This document shows positions 6,824 through 12,917 of a stretch of DNA of 19,882 bases, in pieces. This DNA comes from an uncultured Clostridia bacterium. GTDB lineage: Bacteria > Bacillota > Clostridia > Christensenellales > Aristaeellaceae. Position 1 is the stretch's first letter. Each line of letters opens with the position of its first letter. The position numbers and the translations under genes were made by a program. The DNA is taken from assembly GCA_934647235.1 (NCBI GenBank), contig CAKUFG010000035.1, positions 1 to 19,882 of the forward strand, written 5' to 3'. The notes under the pieces are model-generated. The model was not told where the DNA came from. It worked only from the letters and a program-made list of their open reading frames with translations, and made no database searches.

Positions 6824-9397
6824 ATGCGCCGCTTTATCAAGCGTTTTTTGCCTACGCTGCTTTGCACGCTGCTGATTGCCCAGGGCGCGCTGGCTTACAC
6901 CACCCTGCGCCCCGGCGATAAGGGCGCGGATGTGCTGCGCATGCAGCAGGCGCTGTCCGCGCTGGGCTATAATGTCACGTGCGACGGCTCCTTCGGCACG
7001 CAGACGTACACCGCCGTCTATACCTTTCAGAACGATTACGGCCTGAAGGTGGACGGCAAGGCCGGCGATCAGACGCTGACCAAGCTGTACGAATTGTACA
7101 ACAGCATGTCCACCAATCCCGGCGGCAGCCAGGATAACCCCGGCACGCAGACCGAAACCGCCGCGGTGTACTGCGCCAACGGCGGCAGCCTGAACGTGCG
7201 CCGAGGCCCCGGCACCGGCTATGACGCCTTCTATCAAATCCCCAACGGCGCAACGGTGAACGTGCTGGAGCGCGGCAGCAAGTGGTGCCAGATCAGCTAC
7301 GATTCCGTTGTGACCGGCTATGTGATGACCTCCTTCCTGCGCTTCAGCGATGATACGCCCGTCGTATCGCCCTCGCCCGATACCAGCATGGAAACGGCCT
7401 ATGTTTCCTGCGCGGACGGCGGCAGCCTGAACCTGCGCGAGCGCGCTGTCTCGGGCGCAAAGATCCTCACCCGTGTGCCCAACGGCACGCAGCTGCGCGT
7501 GACCCGCGTCAACAATAAGTGGTGCTATACCACCTATAACGGCCAGTCGGGCTATGTGATGAGCAGCTTCCTGTATTTCACCACCGCCACCGTCACACCC
7601 ACCCCCGTGCCGGTGATTACCCCCACGCCTGTGCCCACGGACAGCAATGCGCTCATCGCCCGCGTGCAGCCCGCCAACGGCGGCAGCCTGAACCTGCGCC
7701 AGCGCCCGGTCTCTGCCAATAACGTGATTGCGCAGATTCCCTACGGCACGGTGCTCAGCGTCACCCGCGTTGACACTACCTGGTGCCTGACCAGCTATAA
7801 CGGCAAGACCGGCTATGTGATGAGCAAGTTCCTCACCTTCGACGGCGGCACGGTCACGCCCACGGCTACCCCCGCGCCCAGCGTGAACCCCGGCCCCGAG
7901 CGGCTGAGCGGCTATGTGTACTGCTCCAATGGCAAAAAGCTGAACCTGCGCTCCGGCCCCGGCCTGACCTACGACGTGCTGTTCCAGATTCCCAACGGCG
8001 CGGCCGTCACCGTCACCCAGCGCCTTACCGGCTGGTACTGCGTATCCTATGAAAGCTATACCGGCTTTGTCAACAGCGATTACATCGTGCTCAGCGGCGG
8101 CGCGCCCACCGTGCCCTCCGTGGCCACGCCCACGCCCGCGCCCTCCAGCGACAGCACCATCCATTACGGCGAGCTGCGCTATGCCACGGTCAATACGGTG
8201 AACAACTCCCTGAACGTGCGCAAGGTTCCCGGCGGCCGGCAGATCGGCTCCTTCCAGAAGGGCAGCCGCGTGGTGGTATCGCAGATCCTCACCGTGGACG
8301 GCGTGGAATGGTGCGCGGCCTATCAGGGCAGCGTCAGCGGCTATGTGCAGCGCCAGTACCTGGTGCTGGATGCGCGCGTGACCCCCGCTCCCACCACGCC
8401 CGACACCGCCTACGACACCTCCATCCTGGTGCGCAACCTCAAGCTCAACAGCACCGGCGCGGATGTGCGCCTGGTGCAGACCCGCCTGGTGGAGCTCAAG
8501 TATCTCTCTTCTGCCAACGGCACCTACGACTCCGCCACGCAGACGGCGGTGAAGCGCTTCCAGCAGCTGCACGGCCTGAGCCAGGATGGCGTGGCCGGCC
8601 CCAATACGTTCAGCCTGCTGTTCTCCTCCACGGCGCTGCCCTACAGCACCGAGGCCTCCAACTATACCAGCTATCTGATCGACTACAACGAGCCGGTCAA
8701 CGAGGTGCGCACCAAGGCCATTCAGCGCGCGCAGCTGGCGCTGGCCAACCTGAACTACAACGTGGCGACTGACGGCAAATTCAATGAGGCCATGCACGAC
8801 GCGCTGGTTGCCTTCCAGCTGCGCAACGGCATTTCGGCCACGGGCGTGCTGGATGCGGCCACCCAGGTGCGCCTGTACTCCGGCAAGGCCAACGACGCGG
8901 CCACCGCGCCGCGCGAGTATCTGGCCGACAACGCGGGCTACACGGCCAATCCGCCCAAGGCCAGCGATGTAAAGCTGCTGCACTGGTACAACACGGTCAA
9001 GCCCATGATGAACAGCGGCACGGCCTTTACGGTATACGATCCTGACAGCGGCCTATCCTGGAAGCTGCAGGTGCTCTCGCCTGGCCGTCACTGCGACAGC
9101 CAGCCCGTCACCCTGCAGGATACGCTGATCATGCAGAAGGCCTTTGACGGCAAGAGCAGCTGGACCATGCACATCGTTTATGTGCAGCTGCCCAACGGCA
9201 CCTGGTGCATGGCCGGCATGCACAACCGTCCGCATCAGAGCAACGGCATCCTGGCCAACGGCTTCGGCGGCCATTTGTGCGTGCACTTCCTGCGCGATAT
9301 GTCCGAAACGCAGGAGAAAGACCCCGTGACCGGCGTGCAGTATCAGAACCTGCTGCGCGAGGCCTGGTACAACCTGACCGGCGAAAAAATCAACTAA
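6824..9397 (+). CDS. Secreted cell-wall-binding protein: signal peptide, PG_binding_1, five SH3b repeats, two more PG_binding_1 modules, unassigned C-terminal His/Cys domain
   Basis: ORF 6794..9397, with the start moved to ATG 6824 (AAAAGGGGG at 6807-6815). It begins MRRFIKRFLPTLLCTLLIAQGALA. PG-binding motif: LRPGDKGADVLRMQQALSALGY...DGSFGTQT...FQ...GL.VDG.AG..T. Five repeats have the form GGSLN[VL]R.(G)P.....I.QIPNG..V.V.......WC...Y.G..GYV.S.FL, joined by Thr/Pro linkers. Confidence 0.85.
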   Translation: MRRFIKRFLPTLLCTLLIAQGALAYTTLRPGDKGADVLRMQQALSALGYNVTCDGSFGTQTYTAVYTFQNDYGLKVDGKAGDQTLTKLYELYNSMSTNPGGSQDNPGTQTETAAVYCANGGSLNVRRGPGTGYDAFYQIPNGATVNVLERGSKWCQISYDSVVTGYVMTSFLRFSDDTPVVSPSPDTSMETAYVSCADGGSLNLRERAVSGAKILTRVPNGTQLRVTRVNNKWCYTTYNGQSGYVMSSFLYFTTATVTPTPVPVITPTPVPTDSNALIARVQPANGGSLNLRQRPVSANNVIAQIPYGTVLSVTRVDTTWCLTSYNGKTGYVMSKFLTFDGGTVTPTATPAPSVNPGPERLSGYVYCSNGKKLNLRSGPGLTYDVLFQIPNGAAVTVTQRLTGWYCVSYESYTGFVNSDYIVLSGGAPTVPSVATPTPAPSSDSTIHYGELRYATVNTVNNSLNVRKVPGGRQIGSFQKGSRVVVSQILTVDGVEWCAAYQGSVSGYVQRQYLVLDARVTPAPTTPDTAYDTSILVRNLKLNSTGADVRLVQTRLVELKYLSSANGTYDSATQTAVKRFQQLHGLSQDGVAGPNTFSLLFSSTALPYSTEASNYTSYLIDYNEPVNEVRTKAIQRAQLALANLNYNVATDGKFNEAMHDALVAFQLRNGISATGVLDAATQVRLYSGKANDAATAPREYLADNAGYTANPPKASDVKLLHWYNTVKPMMNSGTAFTVYDPDSGLSWKLQVLSPGRHCDSQPVTLQDTLIMQKAFDGKSSWTMHIVYVQLPNGTWCMAGMHNRPHQSNGILANGFGGHLCVHFLRDMSETQEKDPVTGVQYQNLLREAWYNLTGEKIN
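7157..8370 (+). repeat. Tandem array of five SH3b-type coding repeats (~65 aa each plus TP-rich linkers)
   Basis: The repeats are seen at protein level inside CDS 6824..9397. They are divergent at DNA level. Boundaries are approximate. Confidence 0.7.
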
Positions 9398-9418
9398 ATA
9401 GAGAATTGCACAAACAAG

Positions 9419-9447
9419 CGCGCCCCCTTCATGCAGAAGGGGGCGCG
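9419..9447 (+). terminator. Strong GC hairpin after the SH3b gene (probable terminator, weak T-tract)
   Basis: CGCGCCCCCTTC (9419-9430) atgca GAAGGGGGCGCG (9436-9447) is a perfect 12-bp stem 22 nt after the stop. It is followed by TGCGTTTA, not a clean U-tract. Confidence 0.5.
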
Positions 9448-9468
9448 TGCGTTTACGGGAGAAGGAAC

Positions 9469-9500
9469 GGGGGTACGGGGGAGGTACGGGGGGGAGGTAC
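9469..9500 (+). repeat. G-run / GGTAC short tandem repeat
   Basis: The sequence reads GGGGGTAC GGGGGAGGTAC GGGGGGGAGGTAC. It has G-runs of 5, 5 and 7 nt and three GGTAC copies, with a fourth starting the adjacent palindrome. Confidence 0.7.
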
Positions 9501-9527
9501 GGTACTTTCTTGAGTCAAGAAAGTACC
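9501..9527. repeat. Perfect 27-bp palindrome GGTACTTTCTTGA g TCAAGAAAGTACC
   Basis: The 13-bp arms are exact reverse complements around a single central base. Read directly from the sequence. Confidence 0.9.
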
Positions 9528-9772
9528 AAAGAACCGGCTTCTGACGTGAAAGCTGCTGGTTTTAAGCTGGAAGGCGGCACTGCCGCCCCGCCCCCGTGGC
9601 AGGTGAAAGCCTGAACCGCCCGGATGAAAGCAGGCTTTCCTCCGGTCGCTTCCTGCTTTCCCCTTCGGTCGTGCTTCGCACGCCCTGCGCCGATTGCATC
9701 GGCGTGCCACGGGGTCAATAGCTGGGTACAAGGATCATGCGCGACAGTTAACGTTTGCTGTGGATACACCCA

Positions 9773-9831
9773 CCAAAAGCCTTCTCCTTGAGGAGAAGGT
9801 GGGCGGCTTTAGCCGCTCGGATGAGGTGTAG
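9773..9831 (+). repeat. Two-hairpin repeat element, copy L
   Basis: CCAAAAG, then hairpin 1 CCTTCTCC ttga GGAGAAGG (9780-9799), then TG, then hairpin 2 GGGCGGC ttta GCCGCTC (9801-9818), then GGATGAGGTGTAG. Shares its ends and architecture with 9883-9936 (inverted) and 17308-17372 (direct). Confidence 0.8.
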
Positions 9832-9882
9832 CCGCCGCAGCGGCGTTGTTCTATATAGTTTTGCTAACGGCTGCTTTGCAGC

Positions 9883-9936
9883 CTACACCTCACCACCGCC
9901 TATGGCGGAGCCTCTCCTCAAGGAGAAGCCTTTCGG
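9883..9936 (-). repeat. Two-hairpin repeat element, copy R (inverted relative to copy L)
   Basis: The reverse complement reads CCGAAAG GCTTCTCC ttga GGAGAGGC T CCGCC ata GGCGG TGGTGAGGTGTAG. The 16 nt CTTCTCCTTGAGGAGA and the terminal TGAGGTGTAG are identical to copy L. Hairpin 2 has a different sequence but still pairs. Confidence 0.8.
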
Positions 9937-9986
9937 CCATTGCGTCAATGCGGCAGTGTACTTCTCAAGCGCGATAAGAGCGCGAC

Positions 9987-10014
9987 AATAAAAGCCTTTT
10001 CACAGATGGAAAAG
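9987..10014 (-). terminator. Weak candidate terminator after the GT4 gene
   Basis: On the minus strand, CTTTTC catctgt GAAAAG forms a 6-bp AT-rich stem followed by GCTTTTATT, 15 nt downstream of the stop. Confidence 0.35.
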
Positions 10015-10029
10015 ATACCGACAGACTGA

Positions 10030-11301
10030 TTATTTAAGCATCTCGCGTACCTGCTCGCTCAGCTCGCGCAGGCGAGTGACGGCTTCCAGCGCGTCGGACA
10101 GGAAGGGGAAAACATCCCGCCGGGGGCGGGCCGCGCCGTTTGGGCGTTCGGTCAGGACTTCGCTGTAGCGCTTTTCGGCCAGGCGCACCGCATCCTCCCA
10201 GGAGATATAGATGCGCTCCTGTGCGGTCTGGCCGATGCGGTGGATTTCATCCAGATGCGCGCACGCCCACAGAGCCTGCGCACACAGGCTCTGGGCGTTT
10301 TCATCCATCAGCAGGCCGGTTTGGCCGTGATCGATGCCCTCGGCCGCGCAGCTGCCGCGCACCAACAGGGCGGGCAGGGCGCAGGCGGCCGCCTCGCGCA
10401 CCACAATGCCGTTGGTATCAAAGGTGGAAGGGAACAGGAACAGATCGGCCCGGCTGTAATAGGCGCGCAGCAGCTCGCGGTCGCGCACCGCGCCGGCGAA
10501 AACGCAGTCCTCCCACAGGCCGTTTTCGCGGGCCAATGCCTGGATATCCGCCATGTCCGTGCCTTCGCCCACAAACAGCATGGTAAAGCGCGCGCCCTGG
10601 GCCTTGGCCTGTGCCAGGCCATCCAGGATCAGCCGGATGCCCTTGTACCAGCGCATGCGGCCGATGAAGAGGAAGACGGGGCGATCCTGCGGCAGATGAT
10701 GACGCTGGGTAATGGCGGCAATTTCAGCCTCCGTCGCGCGGCCGCGGGGGAAATCCACGCCGTTTTCCATCACGCGGTATTCGCCCTGAAAGCCCAGCGA
10801 GCGCAGGTTTTCGCCCGCGCCGTGGCTGACCGTCCACACCTCGTCGCAGGCTTCGATGTTGCGCACCATGGCTGTAATCAGCTGGTTCTGCAATAGCTCG
10901 CCCTTCAGCGCCGTGCGGATGTCGATGTCAAACTTGGTATGATAGGTAAAAATCACCGGAGCGTCCGTGCTTTCGCGCGCCGTGCGCGCCAGCAGGGTGG
11001 AGGCCACCGGGCAGTGCGTGTGCAGGATATCGGGGTGAAAATCATCAATGGCCGATACCGCCCGCGCGCTGAAGGGATAGCCCGCGCGGTAGCCCACAAG
11101 CTTGGTGGTGTTCACGCTGGCATAGCGCAGCACGGGGTAGGGATAATCATCGGTCACGCCGGGATATTCGGGGGTGGCGACGATGACGGGATAGCCATCG
11201 TCGTGCAGAATACGGGCATAGTTTGTTACCACATTGGCTACGCCGTCAATCGTCGGCGGGAAGGAATCGTTCAAAAGCGCAATGCGGGGCTGATCCGCCA
11301 T
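10030..11301 (-). CDS. GT4-family (GT-B fold, group 1) glycosyltransferase
   Basis: ORF 10030..11481, with the start moved to ATG 11301 (M61), preceded by AAGGAGGGAG with 5-nt spacing. It begins MADQPRIALLNDSFPPTIDGVANVVTNYARIL, a typical GT4 N-domain. The C-domain has the E-x7-E-type region LFLFPSTFDTNGIVVREAAACALP. Acceptor unknown. Confidence 0.85.
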   Translation of the reverse strand: MADQPRIALLNDSFPPTIDGVANVVTNYARILHDDGYPVIVATPEYPGVTDDYPYPVLRYASVNTTKLVGYRAGYPFSARAVSAIDDFHPDILHTHCPVASTLLARTARESTDAPVIFTYHTKFDIDIRTALKGELLQNQLITAMVRNIEACDEVWTVSHGAGENLRSLGFQGEYRVMENGVDFPRGRATEAEIAAITQRHHLPQDRPVFLFIGRMRWYKGIRLILDGLAQAKAQGARFTMLFVGEGTDMADIQALARENGLWEDCVFAGAVRDRELLRAYYSRADLFLFPSTFDTNGIVVREAAACALPALLVRGSCAAEGIDHGQTGLLMDENAQSLCAQALWACAHLDEIHRIGQTAQERIYISWEDAVRLAEKRYSEVLTERPNGAARPRRDVFPFLSDALEAVTRLRELSEQVREMLK

Positions 11302-11315
11302 GGGGTCTCCCTCCT

Positions 11316-11957
11316 TTATACATTGTCGGGCAGGGCGGTTTTCAAATCGTCCAGAAAGGCGTTTTCGCCAATCAGGGTCAGCTTGTATCGTCCCTCCTCC
11401 GCCTGCGCGGAGGTGACGGAGGCGTTGGGCACAAAGGGCGTATCGCGCATATCCAGCGCCGTGCCGCCCTGCCAGCGGCATTGCAGCGCGCGCACGGGCG
11501 TGGCATGGGTGAAAAACGCGATGGTCTGGCCGGGATGCGCGGCCACGGCGCGCGATACCGCCGCCTGCACGCGATCAAACAGATGCGCCACGCTTTCACC
11601 CTGCGGGCAGGTGCAGCGGCCGATATCGTGCCGCCAGCAATCGTATAGCTGGGCGTAATCCTGCTCAATCTGCGCAAAGGGCATGCGCTCCCAAAGGCCG
11701 GCGCTGATCTCGCGCAGATCGGGCTCCGGCTGGATGGGCAGGCCGAAGGCCGCCGCCGTCGGCTGGGCGGTTTGCATGGCGCGCATCAGGTCGCTGGCGT
11801 AAATCGCATCGATCCTGAAATTCTTTTGCAGATAAGCTGCTGTACGGCGCGCCTGCTCCTGCCCCAGGGGGGACAGGGGCACATCGTAATGTCCGGTAAA
11901 CACCTGCGTAACGTTGGTAACGCTTTGCCCGTGGCGGATCAGAATCACCGTGGTCAT
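11316..11957 (-). CDS. Histidine phosphatase superfamily protein (phosphoglycerate-mutase-like)
   Basis: Begins MTTVILIRHGQSVTNV...TGHYDVPLSPLGQEQA, with the catalytic RHG motif and a later FFTHATP His motif. AGGAG lies 8 nt upstream of the ATG. The stop is 14 nt before the GT4 start, so the two genes form an operon. Confidence 0.85.
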   Translation of the reverse strand: MTTVILIRHGQSVTNVTQVFTGHYDVPLSPLGQEQARRTAAYLQKNFRIDAIYASDLMRAMQTAQPTAAAFGLPIQPEPDLREISAGLWERMPFAQIEQDYAQLYDCWRHDIGRCTCPQGESVAHLFDRVQAAVSRAVAAHPGQTIAFFTHATPVRALQCRWQGGTALDMRDTPFVPNASVTSAQAEEGRYKLTLIGENAFLDDLKTALPDNV

Positions 11958-11986
11958 CGTGCCAGCTCCTGCTGTGTGATGACAAT

Positions 11987-12015
11987 ATTTTAATGGGCTG
12001 GAAAAGTTTTGTCAA
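11987..12015 (-). promoter_or_regulatory. Sigma-A-type promoter for the phosphatase-GT4 operon
   Basis: Minus strand reads TTGACA (12015-12010), a 17-nt spacer, then TAAAAT (11992-11987), about 30 nt upstream of the ATG. Confidence 0.6.
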
Positions 12016-12073
12016 TGCAACTTTCGGGCGGATATCGGGCGCGCGGCGCAATTGTAAAACCCGCGCGGGCGGC

Positions 12074-12102
12074 TTGCAATGAGCCGCTGCCGGGGGTATA
12101 CT
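12074..12102 (+). promoter_or_regulatory. Sigma-A-type promoter for the 12131 gene (divergent from the previous promoter)
   Basis: TTGCAA (12074-12079), a 17-nt spacer, then TATACT (12097-12102). Confidence 0.55.
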
Positions 12103-12130
12103 GCATATATCCGCAAAAGGAGGTTTGCCT

Positions 12131-12862
12131 ATGAAAAGGCTGTTGTGTTTTGTAATTTGTTTGTCGATGTCCTTGTCTGTCTGCCTGTCCGGCCAGGCGG
12201 AGGAGGCGGATATCGCCGCCGCCCGGCTGGCGGCCTATCGCACGGCGCTGGAAATGCTGTATCAGCAGCATCGCTACCCCAACGGCGAGGAGGCCGATCT
12301 GGCGGCGGTGGAGGGCCAGCCGGAGGACAACGCCTTTGCCCTGTGCGATGTGGACGGCGACGGGCAGGACGAGCTGATTTTCCATCTTCCTGCGACGGGT
12401 GCTGTGGCCTCGCACACTGAAAATGTGTATCGCTACGATTCCGAAACGGGCGCGCTGGCGGAGGAGCTGATCGAGTACCCCGCCGTCACCTACTATGCCA
12501 ACGGCTATGCCGCAGCACAGTGGTCGCACAATCAGGGGCTGAGCGACGATGACTTCTGGCCCTACAATCTGTACGTCTACAGCGCGGAGACGCAGGCCTA
12601 CGAGCTGGTGGCCAGCGTGGACGCCTGGGCCAGGGCGCGCTCCCTGCAGCACTGGGCCTTTGATTTTTCCTATCCCGATCAGATCGACGCGGAGGGCGCG
12701 GGCAGCGTGTATCTTGTTACGCCCAGGGGCGGCGACACGGACGTGCTGAGCCAGACGGACTACCGCGCCTGGCTGGCTGCCTTCGGCCTGACCGAGCCCA
12801 TCGCGGTGGCGTATCTGCCCCTGACGGCGGAGAACATCGCGGCGATAGGCGCTGAAGAATAA
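12131..12862 (+). CDS. Hypothetical secreted protein with a DVDGDGQDE (FG-GAP/Ca-binding-like) motif
   Basis: ORF 12125..12862. I prefer ATG 12131, 7 nt after AAGGAGG (12117-12123). The signal peptide is MKRLLCFVICLSMSLSVCLSGQA|EE. No family recognised beyond the DxDGDG motif. Confidence 0.7.
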   Translation: MKRLLCFVICLSMSLSVCLSGQAEEADIAAARLAAYRTALEMLYQQHRYPNGEEADLAAVEGQPEDNAFALCDVDGDGQDELIFHLPATGAVASHTENVYRYDSETGALAEELIEYPAVTYYANGYAAAQWSHNQGLSDDDFWPYNLYVYSAETQAYELVASVDAWARARSLQHWAFDFSYPDQIDAEGAGSVYLVTPRGGDTDVLSQTDYRAWLAAFGLTEPIAVAYLPLTAENIAAIGAEE

Positions 12863-12867
12863 AACAT

Positions 12868-12909
12868 CCCCCGCTCATTGTCTGCCTGGACAGGAGCGGG
12901 GGGCTTTTT
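12868..12909. terminator. Bidirectional intrinsic terminator between convergent genes
   Basis: CCCCCGCTC (12868-12876) pairs with GAGCGGGGG (12894-12902), with an inner GTC/GAC stem. It is followed by CTTTTTA on the + strand and by TGTTTTA on the - strand. Confidence 0.7.
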
Positions 12910-12917
12910 ATGCGTTT

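Noticed and set aside
7157-8370. Periodic ~200-bp repetition that might suggest a CRISPR array or satellite
   Set aside because: The periodicity is in-frame, divergent at DNA level and corresponds to SH3b protein domains plus Thr/Pro linkers. There are no short identical direct repeats with unique spacers.
6803-8983. 726-aa minus-strand ORF
   Set aside because: It is antisense to the SH3b/PG-binding gene, whose repeated domains are unambiguous. The antisense product is Gly/Ala/Arg/His low-complexity sequence.
9763-9776. ACCCACCA looks like a tRNA/tmRNA 3' acceptor end with an encoded CCA
   Set aside because: No T-arm (GTTCGA-type) or acceptor-stem complement lies upstream, and the cloverleaf cannot be drawn.
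9773-9936. 6S-RNA-like architecture (two stems around a large internal bubble, ~165 nt)
   Set aside because: The arms are copies of a dispersed repeat also present at 17308-17372, and each arm is internally self-complementary. No promoter or terminator brackets the unit. It is reported as a repeat-element finding instead. Expression data could revive the idea.
9453-9991. ORFs 9453..9731 (-), 9515..9769 (-) and 9755..9991 (+) inside the convergent-gene gap
   Set aside because: They have no SD and improbable Arg/Pro/Gly-rich composition. They read straight through palindromes and repeat copies, and the 9755 ORF translates both arms of the inverted repeat. They are better explained as non-coding repeat DNA.
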